Source: an uncultured bacterium
Lineage (GTDB): Bacteria; Chloroflexota; UBA5177; JANWHV01
Length of the DNA stretch: 64,000 nt
Assembly (NCBI GenBank): GCA_963729625.1
Contig: CAVSOU010000008.1
Span: forward strand, 608,001-672,000
Direction of reading: 5' to 3'
Shown here: positions 10,828 to 20,631 of the stretch, in pieces
Layout: each line of letters opens with the position of its first letter
Numbering within the stretch: position 1 is the stretch's first letter
Translations under genes and position numbers: made by a program
The notes under the pieces: generated by a model
What the model saw: the letters and a program-made list of their open reading frames with translations, nothing else
What the model was told of the DNA's origin: nothing
The model's database searches: none

Positions 10828-10956
10828 GGTATCTTCTCCTCCCTTGAGCCGCGTGAGAAAGGAAGGCGGCCCGAAGGCCGCTGCTTGGCGGCGACCCGCT
10901 GCGGTGTGCTTTGCACCCCTGGAGACTCGCCGGGCTCAAGCCCGGGGCATCCATTA

Positions 10957-11265
10957 CTACGTTTCTATGAAGATGCCGTCGCCTTCGACGTGCACCGGGT
11001 ATGTGCGCACGGGCGTGGTGGCGGGCAGGCAGAGCGCTGCGCCGGTCGTGACGTCGAATATCGCGCCGTGCAGCGGGCACGTGATCTCCGTGCCCTCCAG
11101 CCATCCGTCAGACAGAGATGCTTCCTCATGGGTACAGGTGTCGTCCATCGCATAGTACGTGCCGTCACAGTTGAAAAGCGCGATAGTGTCGCCGCCCGTC
11201 CGCACGCATTTGCTTTCCCCGGGCGCCAGGTCAGAGGTCGACGCGACTCGATGTATCGTACTCAC
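10957..11265 (-). CDS. Rieske-type [2Fe-2S] ferredoxin
   Basis: CTH...CPLHGAIFDV motif; GTG start after a GGAG RBS. Confidence 0.9.
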   Translation of the reverse strand: MSTIHRVASTSDLAPGESKCVRTGGDTIALFNCDGTYYAMDDTCTHEEASLSDGWLEGTEITCPLHGAIFDVTTGAALCLPATTPVRTYPVHVEGDGIFIET

Positions 11266-11567
11266 CGATATATTCACTCCGATTGAAGGCTCAACGCATC
11301 GTAACATCCGAATGTGCGGGTCTGATTCGCCAAGTGTTGCGCCGTGTCGTTTGTGTTTGGCTTGAAGTGCCGGTCGCGGCACGGGGTATTTCGTTTCCTT
11401 CACCACGGTATCGCCGCCGCGCCGCGCCCGGGTCGGGCCATGCTCGAGAAACCTGGTGCTCGGTTCGGCACGTATCGCGCGAAGCAGGAATTTGCCGCAC
11501 GCCGTTCGGCCGTGCCGCGGCACGTGACCGCATTCTCGGGCAATCGGTGCAGCAGCCTAGCCTGTGC

Positions 11568-11969
11568 CTACGCGGACGTTTCCAGGCGCTTGACTGCATC
11601 CGGCACGCCATAGAGCGCAGCCATCATTACTTTGTAGCCGAGCAATGCGCATTTGACGCGCGCCGGACTGAGCGGAACACCCAGCTCATCAAGGATTTCA
11701 TCGCGCGTGATGGCCAGCGCCTCACTCTTGGTCCGGCCGACTACCATGTCCGTAAGCATGGACGTCGCGGCCTGGCTGATGGCGCATCCATTTCCACGGA
11801 ATCGCACTTCCGCAACGCGATCTCCGTCGTACCGCACATCCACGGCCACAACATCGCCGCACAGCGGGTTCGTGTCTTCATAGGTGGCGTCCGGACCCTC
11901 GATCGTTCCGTAATTGTGCGGATTGCGATAGTGGTCCAGTATCTCTTCTTGGTAAATGTCGCTGTTCAT
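11568..11969 (-). CDS. sufU: SufU/IscU-type scaffold or sulfur-transfer protein
   Basis: ILDHYRNPHNYG, NPLCGD, GCAISQA and RVKCALL motifs. Confidence 0.93.
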   Translation of the reverse strand: MNSDIYQEEILDHYRNPHNYGTIEGPDATYEDTNPLCGDVVAVDVRYDGDRVAEVRFRGNGCAISQAATSMLTDMVVGRTKSEALAITRDEILDELGVPLSPARVKCALLGYKVMMAALYGVPDAVKRLETSA

Positions 11970-12034
11970 TTTCGATGTTGCTCCTTGCCGTCGGGACCCC
12001 ATCAAGCCGGCGCCTGCAAGCGGCTGCCGCATGG

Positions 12035-13318
12035 CTACACGCTGAACACTTTGCGCACCCGCTCGAGTCCGCGCGCCAACGTGTCGATCTCCTCAATTGT
12101 ATTGTAGAAATAGACGCTCGCGCGTGTCGTCGCGTTGACATCCAGCACGCGCATCAGCGGCTGGCAGCAATGGTGACCTGCTCGCACTGCAATGTTGTCC
12201 TGATCGAGGATCGAGGCCACGTCGTGCGGGTGCACGCCGCGGACGCCAAATGACGCCACGCCGCCACGTTCGTCCGCGGACGGCCCGTACACGGTGACAT
12301 TCGGGATGGAGGACAGTGTCCGCAGGAGATAGTCCGTGAGCACATGCTCGCGCTCGCGCACCCGCTGCATGCCCAGGGCGGTCAGGTAGCGCACGGCCAC
12401 GGCGAATCCGACTGCCTCGGCGATGGCCGGAGTTCCCGCTTCGAACCGCTGTGGGATATCGGCATAGGTCGACGAGTCGATAACCACCTTGCGGATCATC
12501 GATCCACCGCCCATGAACGGTGGCATGGCGTCGAGCACATCGTAGCGCCCATAGAGGGCGCCGATACCTGTCGGTCCGAGCATCTTGTGCGCGGAAAACG
12601 CCAGGAAATCGCAGTCCAGCGCCTGTACATCGACCGGGAAGTGCGGCACGCTCTGCGCCGCATCGACCAGTACCAGGGCCCCGTGCGCGTGAGCGCGACG
12701 CACGATCTCGGCCACCGGATTGATGGTTCCCACCACGTTGCTCATATGGCTAATGGCCACAAGCTTGACACCTTGTGCGAGGAGCGCATCGAGGTCGCTC
12801 AGATCCAGCCGCCCGCGCCCATCGACCGGCAGCGCGAGTATGCGCGCGCCGCGATCCTCGGCCATCAGGTGCCAGGGCACCAGGTTGCTGTGATGCTCCA
12901 TGGCGCTGGTGAGTATCGCATCGCCCGGCCGGATATTCCGCCGGCCCCAGGCGTAGGCGACCAGGTTGATCGCTTCCGTGGTGTTGCGGACGAAGACGAC
13001 GCTATCGGCGGTGGGAGCGTTGATGAAGCCGGCGACGCTGTTCCGCGCCTCCTCGTAGGCCTCGGTGGCCCGCTCGCTGATCTCATAGACACCGCGATGC
13101 ACGTTGGCATTGAATGTGGTGTAGTAGCTGGACATGGCGTCGATAACGGCCTGCGGCTTCTGCGACGTCGCTGCGTTGTCCAGGTACGTCAACGGCTTGC
13201 CGTTCCGGCTTGTGGCGAGAATGGGAAAGTCTGCCCTCACGATCGACGGTTCCAGGGGAGTGGATGTTGCCGGAGGTGAAGAGACGGACTCGAGCGTTGC
13301 CCTGTCGATGCTCAGCAC
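12035..13318 (-). CDS. sufS: Cysteine desulfurase SufS
   Basis: YLDNAATSQKP, SAHKMLGPTG and RAGHHC motifs. Confidence 0.96.
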   Translation of the reverse strand: MLSIDRATLESVSSPPATSTPLEPSIVRADFPILATSRNGKPLTYLDNAATSQKPQAVIDAMSSYYTTFNANVHRGVYEISERATEAYEEARNSVAGFINAPTADSVVFVRNTTEAINLVAYAWGRRNIRPGDAILTSAMEHHSNLVPWHLMAEDRGARILALPVDGRGRLDLSDLDALLAQGVKLVAISHMSNVVGTINPVAEIVRRAHAHGALVLVDAAQSVPHFPVDVQALDCDFLAFSAHKMLGPTGIGALYGRYDVLDAMPPFMGGGSMIRKVVIDSSTYADIPQRFEAGTPAIAEAVGFAVAVRYLTALGMQRVREREHVLTDYLLRTLSSIPNVTVYGPSADERGGVASFGVRGVHPHDVASILDQDNIAVRAGHHCCQPLMRVLDVNATTRASVYFYNTIEEIDTLARGLERVRKVFSV

Positions 13319-13413
13319 AGAGGATCCTCTCTTTCATTGATATCGTCGGAGCCAGGCTCACATCCACGGGCATCCAGTTGATATCGCGCTCCGCCCGTCC
13401 TGATCGTTACCAT

Positions 13414-14748
13414 CTACGTTCTGTCCGATGCTCCGGCAGCCATCTTCGCGTCGACCTGGGCTGTGAGACGCTCTCGCACGTCTTCAAGCGGAATGCGCTC
13501 GATCAACGGTGCCAGGAAGCCGTTGACGATCAACCGCTCTGCCTCTCCGCGCGAGAGCCCGCGACTCATCAAGTAGAAGAGGTGGTCCTCAGAGACCTTG
13601 CCTGCCGTGGCGCCGTGCGAGCAACGCACGTCGTTTGCGGCGATCTCCAGATTCGGAATAGAGTCCGCGCGTGCCGACGGGCTGAGAATCAGGTTATTGT
13701 TCTTCTGATACGCATCCGTCTTTTGCGCGCCTTCGCGCACGCGGATCAGACCGGAATAGACGAGGCGCGAGGAGTCCTTCAACACGCCTTTGAAGAGAAG
13801 GTTGCTCGTGGCGTTAGGCGAAATATGATCCTGCAGCGTATGGTAGTCGAGGAACTCACTACCGGAGACGAAGTAGAGGCCAAGAATCTCACTCGTGGAG
13901 CCGGGCCCCCGCATCTCCGTATCGATGTTGAGCTTCACGAACTGGCCACCCATGGTCGCCGTGATCCAGGTGAGGCTGCTGTTCTTGTGCTGGATGGCGC
14001 GATGTACGCCTACCTGGCGCACGCTGTCGTCCAGTTCTTGCAGCGTCACGAAAGTGAGCTTCGCTCCTTCATGCAGGATAAGCTCGACTACCGGCACGCT
14101 CAGTGTCTCATCGGCGCCACGGGACCCAGTTTCGTCGACGAAGGTTGCTTCGCTATTCCGGTCCATCACGACGAGTGTGTGGGGGAACGTTGCCAGACCA
14201 GGCTGGTCCAACCACGTGCTGGCCTGCAGCGGCAAGGCGACTTTCACGCCGGCCGGCACGTAGACGAACGTGCCGCCGCCCCAGAGAGCGCCGTTCAGGG
14301 CGGCGAACTTGCTGAACTCCGGCTTGACCGCCTCGGCCATGAAGGCGGCCCGCACGAGATCGCCGTGTTCGCGTACCGCCGTGTCCATATCGGTGAGGAT
14401 CACGCCCTTTGCCGCAAGGTCGTCCGCGAGCGTGCGAAGCGCCGGAGTCGCGACATGCGAGACCAGGAACCCGGCACGCGAACGCAGCGCTTCTTCGTTC
14501 GGCTGCCAGGCGGCCGGCAGCGGAACGGCGCCGTTGGGTTCCGGCATGTGCAGCGCGTCGAAATTGATCCTGCGCAGCTGTGGCTGCGTGCGGCGCCACT
14601 CCTCGTCGGTGATTGCCGGCATCGGGGTGGCCTCATAGGTCTCCCACGCGCTCTGGCGCAGGTCACGCATCCACTGCGGCTCACCGTTGCGCTGGGCGAG
14701 CATCTGGACGGTATCTAGCGAAAGGTCGGGCTTTAGCTCTGCAGTCAT
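13414..14748 (-). CDS. sufD: Fe-S cluster assembly protein SufD
   Basis: PNLEIAANDVRCSHGAT and FYLMSRGL motifs; operon position. Confidence 0.93.
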   Translation of the reverse strand: MTAELKPDLSLDTVQMLAQRNGEPQWMRDLRQSAWETYEATPMPAITDEEWRRTQPQLRRINFDALHMPEPNGAVPLPAAWQPNEEALRSRAGFLVSHVATPALRTLADDLAAKGVILTDMDTAVREHGDLVRAAFMAEAVKPEFSKFAALNGALWGGGTFVYVPAGVKVALPLQASTWLDQPGLATFPHTLVVMDRNSEATFVDETGSRGADETLSVPVVELILHEGAKLTFVTLQELDDSVRQVGVHRAIQHKNSSLTWITATMGGQFVKLNIDTEMRGPGSTSEILGLYFVSGSEFLDYHTLQDHISPNATSNLLFKGVLKDSSRLVYSGLIRVREGAQKTDAYQKNNNLILSPSARADSIPNLEIAANDVRCSHGATAGKVSEDHLFYLMSRGLSRGEAERLIVNGFLAPLIERIPLEDVRERLTAQVDAKMAAGASDRT

Positions 14749-14749
14749 A

Positions 14750-16153
14750 CTAGCCGACACTGCCTTCCATTTCCAGCTGGATGAGCCGGTTGAGCTCGAC
14801 CGCGTATTCGAGGGGCAGTTCCTTGGCAATCGGCTCAATGAACCCGCGCACGATCATGGACGTGGCATCTGCCTCGGAGAGCCCACGGCTCTTGAGGTAG
14901 AACAGCTGCTCCTCGCCGACCTTGGTAACGGTCGCTTCGTGCGCCGTCTCGACATCATCCTCTTCAATCTCGATATAGGGATAGGTATCCGTGCGGCTGC
15001 TCTCGTCGAGCAGCAGCGCATCGCAGACCACGGTCGACTTCGAGCCTTTCGCACCCTTATGCATCTTGAGCAGGCCTCGATAGCTGGCGCGTCCGGTACC
15101 CTTGCTGATCGACTTCGAGGTGATCACCGACGAGGTATGCGGCGCCATGTGCACCACCTTGCCGCCGGCGTCGAGGTGCTGGCCGTCCGTGGCGAAGGCG
15201 ATGGAGAGGACTTCGCCGCGAGCACCCGGCTCCATAAGCCAAATAGCCGGGTACTTCATGGTGACTTTCGAGCCCAGATTGCCGTCGACCCACTCCATGG
15301 TGGCGTCTTGATAGGCCACGGCCCGCTTGGTCACCAGGTTGTAGACGTTCTTCGACCAGTTCTGGATGGTCGTGTAACGGCAGCGGCCGCCCTTCTTGAC
15401 GATAATCTCGACCACCGCGCTGTGCAGCGAATCCGAGCTATACGTCGGCGCCGTACAGCCTTCGACGTAGTGCACGTAGGCGCCTTCGTCGACGATGATC
15501 AGGGTGCGCTCGAACTGACCCATGTTCTCGGCATTGATACGGAAATAGGCCTGCAGAGGCAGGTCCACGTGGACGCCCTTCGGCACGTAGATGAAGCTGC
15601 CGCCACTCCATACTGCGCTGTTGAGTGCGGCGAACTTGTTGTCGTTTGGGGGAATGATGGTGCTGAAGTACTGCTTGAACAGGTCCGGCTGCTCCTTCAG
15701 GGCGACGCCCGTGTCGAGGAAGACCACACCCTGTTTGGAGAGGTCCTCGCGCAGCTTGTGATAGATCGTCTCCGACTCGTATTGGGCGCCCACCCCGGCC
15801 AGGAACTTCTTCTCCGCTTCGGGGATGCCCAGCCGGTCAAACGTATTCTTGATGCCCTCTGGTACTTCTTCCCAGCTGCGCCCGGCGCGCTCCGATGGCT
15901 TGACATAGTAGAAGATGTTGTCGAAGTCAATAGCCGAGAGATCGGCGCCCCAGCTCGGCATCGGGCGGCGGTTGAAGAACTCCAGCGCCTTGAGCCGGAA
16001 CTTGAGCATCCATTCGGGCTCGTCCTTCATCTCGGAGATCTTACGAACGACTTCCGGTGTGAGGCCACGGCCCGACTTGAAGACGTAGTCTTCCGGATCG
16101 CTGAACCCGTACTGGTAGTCGGTGTTGACTTGCTCAATCGCGTTCACTGCCAT
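14750..16153 (-). CDS. sufB: Fe-S cluster assembly protein SufB
   Basis: [24 protein letters not shown] and [12 protein letters not shown] motifs. Confidence 0.97.
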   Translation of the reverse strand: MAVNAIEQVNTDYQYGFSDPEDYVFKSGRGLTPEVVRKISEMKDEPEWMLKFRLKALEFFNRRPMPSWGADLSAIDFDNIFYYVKPSERAGRSWEEVPEGIKNTFDRLGIPEAEKKFLAGVGAQYESETIYHKLREDLSKQGVVFLDTGVALKEQPDLFKQYFSTIIPPNDNKFAALNSAVWSGGSFIYVPKGVHVDLPLQAYFRINAENMGQFERTLIIVDEGAYVHYVEGCTAPTYSSDSLHSAVVEIIVKKGGRCRYTTIQNWSKNVYNLVTKRAVAYQDATMEWVDGNLGSKVTMKYPAIWLMEPGARGEVLSIAFATDGQHLDAGGKVVHMAPHTSSVITSKSISKGTGRASYRGLLKMHKGAKGSKSTVVCDALLLDESSRTDTYPYIEIEEDDVETAHEATVTKVGEEQLFYLKSRGLSEADATSMIVRGFIEPIAKELPLEYAVELNRLIQLEMEGSVG

Positions 16154-16154
16154 G

Positions 16155-16928
16155 TCAGGCCGCCTCTCCGCTCTCTCCGAATTGCTGTTCCACCCACTCG
16201 TAGCCGCGGAGCTCAAGGTCCTTGGCCAGCTCTTTGTCGCCGGTAGTGACGATCTTTCCGGCCAGCATCACGTGGACGTAGTCCGGCACGATATAGTCGA
16301 GCAGCCGCTGGTAGTGCGTTATGACCAGCGTGCCGAGGTTGGGGCCGCGTTGCGCGTTCACGCCTTCCGAGACGATCCGCATGGCGTCGATGTCGAGCCC
16401 CGAGTCGGTCTCATCAAGAACGGCGAACTTGGGCTGCAGCACGGCCATCTGCAGAATCTCGGCACGCTTCTTTTCGCCTCCGGAGAAGCCGTCGTTCAAG
16501 TATCGTTTGAGGAAGTCCTCATCCATCTTCAGCAGTGCCAGCTTCTCGACCAGGGCTTTGCGGAATTCGCGCACGGCCAGCGGTTTTCCGCCTACGGGCG
16601 TGTGCACGGCGTTATAGGCCATGCGCAGGAAGTTGAACATCGGCACGCCCGGCACCGAGCTCGGGTATTGGAACGCCAGGAACAGGCCGCGTTTTGCCCG
16701 CTCATCCGGGCCGAGCCCCAGAATGCTCTCGCCGTCGAGTAAGACATCGCCGCCGACCACCTCGTAGCTCGGGTGGCCCATGAGCGTGCTGGCCAGCGTG
16801 CTCTTGCCCGAGCCGTTCTTGCCCATCAGCGCGTGCGTCTCGCCCATACGCACGGTCAGGTTGATCCCTCTGAGGATCTCCGTTCCCTCGACGCACACTC
16901 GCAGGTCCTTAATTACCAGATTGCTCAT
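16155..16928 (-). CDS. sufC: Fe-S cluster assembly ATPase SufC
   Basis: [18 protein letters not shown] and [12 protein letters not shown] motifs. Confidence 0.97.
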   Translation of the reverse strand: MSNLVIKDLRVCVEGTEILRGINLTVRMGETHALMGKNGSGKSTLASTLMGHPSYEVVGGDVLLDGESILGLGPDERAKRGLFLAFQYPSSVPGVPMFNFLRMAYNAVHTPVGGKPLAVREFRKALVEKLALLKMDEDFLKRYLNDGFSGGEKKRAEILQMAVLQPKFAVLDETDSGLDIDAMRIVSEGVNAQRGPNLGTLVITHYQRLLDYIVPDYVHVMLAGKIVTTGDKELAKDLELRGYEWVEQQFGESGEAA

Positions 16929-16964
16929 TCGTTCCCATCCTCTCTCAAACCATACCGATCGTGG

Positions 16965-17483
16965 CTACCCGACAACCGGGCCAGGCGACACCGTCGTCTC
17001 GCCGTTGCCGGACCACGTGCCGGCAAGCATTGGTAAGGGGGTCAAGTCTTTGTGCAGCTTCACGAACGGAACGCGCTCGGGCATCAGCTCCGCCAGAGTC
17101 GTCGCGCGCAGCGTTTCGGCCACCGCGTCGCGTACACGGCGCCACAGTTCTTTGCTCCCGCACATGCTTTCGCGACCGCACAGCTTGGTGGCGCCGTCTA
17201 GGGGGGCGCAGAGCATCAGCGCCATGGTCCCTTCGAGCACGTCGATGACGTCGCTCATCGCGATGTCGGACGGCGCGCGACTCAGCTCGTAGCCGCCGTG
17301 AACACCCTGATGGCTGATGACGAGGCCGGCGCGTCGCAGCAACACGACAATCTGCTCGAGGTACGGCAAAGGCATGTCCTGGTCGCGGGCGATCTCGGTG
17401 AGCGAGAGCGGCCCGAAGCCGTAGTGAATGGCCAGTTCGGTCAACACCCTCACGCCGTATTCGCTGCGTTTAGAGAATTGCAT
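16965..17483 (-). CDS. Rrf2-family (IscR-like) transcriptional regulator
   Basis: YLEQI...G..GGY winged-helix motif, three C-terminal Cys; first gene of the suf operon. Confidence 0.9.
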   Translation of the reverse strand: MQFSKRSEYGVRVLTELAIHYGFGPLSLTEIARDQDMPLPYLEQIVVLLRRAGLVISHQGVHGGYELSRAPSDIAMSDVIDVLEGTMALMLCAPLDGATKLCGRESMCGSKELWRRVRDAVAETLRATTLAELMPERVPFVKLHKDLTPLPMLAGTWSGNGETTVSPGPVVG

Positions 17484-17500
17484 CTCGTGCCTCGCGGAAA

Positions 17501-17579
17501 AACTCTTACTACGCTACTCAGACTTTATCGTAGCACCCGGATTTGCGCCCGTCAAACTCCGACGTGGGCAGTAGGGTAT
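17501..17579 (-). promoter_or_regulatory. suf promoter flanked by two candidate Rrf2/IscR-type boxes
   Basis: Minus strand reads TTGACG-17-TACGAT. Two imperfect 25-bp dyads sit at 17501-17525 and 17555-17579; the second has the half-site CAGTAGGGTAT, close to the IscR type-1 half-site. Confidence 0.6.
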
Positions 17580-17618
17580 TCGGCAGGTATCCTATGAATG
17601 TCTGCGGAAGGCCTCTCG

Positions 17619-20519
17619 ATGAGCGATCTGCGTTATGATGTGTTCCTGTCCTACAACAGCAAGGACCGCCCCGCCGTGGCGGCCATCGCTCACGCTCTGC
17701 GGAACGAGGGTCTGGAGCCCTGGCTCGATCAGTGGCGCCTGACTCCCGGCGGCGACTGGCAGGCGGAGCTGGCGGCCGGGATGCGTGCCAGTCGCTCCTG
17801 TGCCGTATTCGTCGGCCCGCACAGCATCGGCGCCTGGTCCGCGATGGAAGTCCGGCTGGCACTCGATCGGGTGGCCAAGGATCCGGTGTTTCGCTGCTTC
17901 CCTGTGCTGCTGCCGGGGGTGCCGGAGCCCTTCGATCCCGACCTGTTGCCGCCCTTCCTCGGCGCCTTCAGCTGGGTCAACTTCTCCGCCGGCGCCGACG
18001 ATCCGGCTGCACTCCAGCACTTACTTGGCGCCATCCGTGGATTGCCCTTCGGCGTGGCCGCTCCGGCGGCAGAAACGTCGCCTGTGTCGCGTGTGGCTCC
18101 GCCTGATGCGCCTCCATCACCGAACGTGCCGGCTGCTGCCTGTGTGCCGTCGGGCCTGCCGCCGGTCGCTCCGACTCCTTCAAATCTGCCCGCGGCGGTC
18201 ACGAGCTTCATCGGTCGCGAGCAGGAGCAGGCTGAGCTGACCGCGCTGCTGGAGGGAGATATCGCGGCGGGCGGCTGCCGCCTGCTGACGCTGGTCGGAC
18301 CCGGAGGATGCGGGAAGACCCGCCTCGCGCTGGCAGTAGCGAAGTCGGTGCAGAGTCGCTTTCCCGACGGCGTGTGGCTGGCCGGTCTGGCGGCGATCGG
18401 CGATCCTGCACTGGTGCCGGCGGAAGTTGCAGGCGTTCTGAGCTTGCGGGAGGAGCAGGGTCGATCGGTACAGGCGATCATAGCCGAGCACGTGAAGTCC
18501 AGGACGCTGCTGCTGGTGCTGGACAACTGCGAGCATGTGATCGAGGCCGGCGCGCGGCTGACGACTGCGCTGTTGGTGGCAGCGCCGCAGCTGCGCATCA
18601 TTGCCACCAGCCGGGAGCCGCTTGGAGTGGCGGGCGAGCAAACATATCGCGTGCCATCGCTGCAAACTCCGGAAGCCATCGCGCCCACCGCGGAGTCGAT
18701 CGGCGGTTATCCGGCGGTACGGCTGTTCGTGGAGCGCGGGCGTGCAGCCAAGCATGATTTCGTCTTGACAGACCAGAATGCTCCTCCTGTGGCGGCGATA
18801 TGCGCCCGACTCGACGGTCTGCCGCTCGCTCTGGAGCTCGCCGCGGCGCGCCTGAGCGCGCTCGCTCCTGAAGCTATCGCCGCGCGCCTGAGCGACCGGT
18901 TCAAGCTACTGACCGGCGGCCCGCGCACGGCGCTTCCGCGCCAGCGGACCCTGCGAGCGGCTCTGGACTGGAGCTACGATCTGCTGTCCGAGCCCGAGCG
19001 CTTGCTGATGCGCAGTCTGAGCGTGTTCGCGGGCGGCTGCACGCTGGAAGCTGCCGAAACGGTCTGTGCCTCCGCCAGCGTGGAGAGTTGGGCGGTGCTG
19101 GACCTGCTGACGGCACTCGTCAACAAGTCGCTGGTGCAGGCAGTCGAGGTCGCGGAAGAAACGCGCTACCGGATGCTGGAGACCGTGCGCCAGTACAGCG
19201 CTGAGCGGCAAGACATGGCTGGCGAGGGACCGTCGCCGCCGAACCGGTTGCTGGCATGGTGCGTGGCGCTGGCGCAACAGGCCGAGCCGGCATTGCGCGG
19301 TCCTGATCAAGCCCATTGGCTAGCCCGCCTGGAGAGCGAGCTCGACAACCTGCGCGCGGCTCTCGGCTGGAGCATGGACGACCCGGAACGGGCACACGAC
19401 GGGCTAGCGCTGGCTGGGCTGCTAAGTGACTTCTGGACAGTGCGCGGGCATTTTTCCGAGGGACGGCGCTGGCTGGAGAAAGGTCTGGCGGCTGTTCCGG
19501 CCTCGAGCGATGTTCGGGCACGCGCCGCCGCCGGCAAGCTTGCTCATAGCATGGGGGACTACGCCGCTGCTCGCGGTCATTATGAGGCAGCGCTGGCAGC
19601 GCAGCGGCAGCGCGGTGACGAGGCAGGCGCCGCGGACACGCTTCGCCAGCTGGGCAACGTGGCGAAGCGGCAGAGCCATTTCGACGATGCCGCGGCATTC
19701 TACCGGCAAAGCCTTGAGATCTGTACGGCACTGGGCGATCGCTGGGGCACGGCCGCGGCCCATAACAGCTTGGGCATGGTTGCAGGCACAAACGGCGATT
19801 TCGCGGAAGCCGCGCGTCAATATGCCGACGCGCTAGAGGTATTCCGCGCCGAGCAAGATCACGGGACCGTGGCGTCGGTGCTCAACAATCTAGGCCTGCT
19901 ATCTCGCGAGCAGGGCGAATTCGAGCGCGCGACGACCCTTCTCACCGAAGCGCTGGGTATCCTGCGCGCGCTGGGCGACAAGCCAGGGACAGCAGCGACG
20001 ATGAACAATCTGGCTCTGGTTGCGTTCGATGAGGGTGACACCGCCAGGGCGCGGGCGATCTACGAGGAGAGTCTGGCGGTCAGCCGGGCGATGGGAAACA
20101 AAGCGATGGTTGCCGCGTCGTGCCAGAATCTCGCCGAAACGCTGCAGGCCAAGGGCGACTACAACGAAGCTCTCCCCTACTTCCTTGAGGCGCTCGCGCT
20201 GCGCGAATCCCTCGGCGACAATCTGGGCCTGGCTGCAGTCCTCGAAGGCGTGGCGAAGGCCCTCGCCGCCGGAGCGCGCCATACTGCCACGGCGACCTTA
20301 CTCGGTGCTGCTTCTTGCTTGCGCCACGAGATGCACGCTCCGCTAGCGTCCTCCCACCGTGCCATGCACGAGCAGCTCATGGCTGAAACGAAGTCGGCGC
20401 TCGGCTCGGAGCGCTTCGATGCAGCCTGGCACGCGGGGCGCGCGATGAGCGCGGTGGAGGCTGCCGCTCACGCCCGCGAGCAGATGGACCTGATGGGGGA
20501 GACCTCGCGCGGCACATGA
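17619..20519 (+). CDS. TIR domain + STAND (NB-ARC-like) ATPase + TPR repeat protein
   Basis: DVFLSYNSKD...WSAMEV TIR domain; GPGGCGKT Walker A; LLVLDNCE Walker B; GLPLAL motif; about 7 C-terminal TPRs. Confidence 0.9.
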   Translation: MSDLRYDVFLSYNSKDRPAVAAIAHALRNEGLEPWLDQWRLTPGGDWQAELAAGMRASRSCAVFVGPHSIGAWSAMEVRLALDRVAKDPVFRCFPVLLPGVPEPFDPDLLPPFLGAFSWVNFSAGADDPAALQHLLGAIRGLPFGVAAPAAETSPVSRVAPPDAPPSPNVPAAACVPSGLPPVAPTPSNLPAAVTSFIGREQEQAELTALLEGDIAAGGCRLLTLVGPGGCGKTRLALAVAKSVQSRFPDGVWLAGLAAIGDPALVPAEVAGVLSLREEQGRSVQAIIAEHVKSRTLLLVLDNCEHVIEAGARLTTALLVAAPQLRIIATSREPLGVAGEQTYRVPSLQTPEAIAPTAESIGGYPAVRLFVERGRAAKHDFVLTDQNAPPVAAICARLDGLPLALELAAARLSALAPEAIAARLSDRFKLLTGGPRTALPRQRTLRAALDWSYDLLSEPERLLMRSLSVFAGGCTLEAAETVCASASVESWAVLDLLTALVNKSLVQAVEVAEETRYRMLETVRQYSAERQDMAGEGPSPPNRLLAWCVALAQQAEPALRGPDQAHWLARLESELDNLRAALGWSMDDPERAHDGLALAGLLSDFWTVRGHFSEGRRWLEKGLAAVPASSDVRARAAAGKLAHSMGDYAAARGHYEAALAAQRQRGDEAGAADTLRQLGNVAKRQSHFDDAAAFYRQSLEICTALGDRWGTAAAHNSLGMVAGTNGDFAEAARQYADALEVFRAEQDHGTVASVLNNLGLLSREQGEFERATTLLTEALGILRALGDKPGTAATMNNLALVAFDEGDTARARAIYEESLAVSRAMGNKAMVAASCQNLAETLQAKGDYNEALPYFLEALALRESLGDNLGLAAVLEGVAKALAAGARHTATATLLGAASCLRHEMHAPLASSHRAMHEQLMAETKSALGSERFDAAWHAGRAMSAVEAAAHAREQMDLMGETSRGT

Positions 20520-20631
20520 CTCGAGACGCGGTGTACGCCCTGCGCCTGGGGGCTCGGCGGCCTCAGGTCGCGCCGGTCAACTCGACGTATGGCGCGCGAC
20601 GTGCATGCCTGGACTCAAGCACGATCATGTC

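Noticed and set aside
11266-11567. N-terminal extension of the Rieske ferredoxin, or an extra gene between sufU and the Rieske gene
   Set aside because: A good RBS sits at the 11265 GTG, and the upstream frames are not protein-like; only short palindromes are present.
13210-16246. Long plus-strand ORFs (502 and 519 aa) antisense to sufD and sufB
   Set aside because: Antisense shadows of conserved genes; no recognisable domains.
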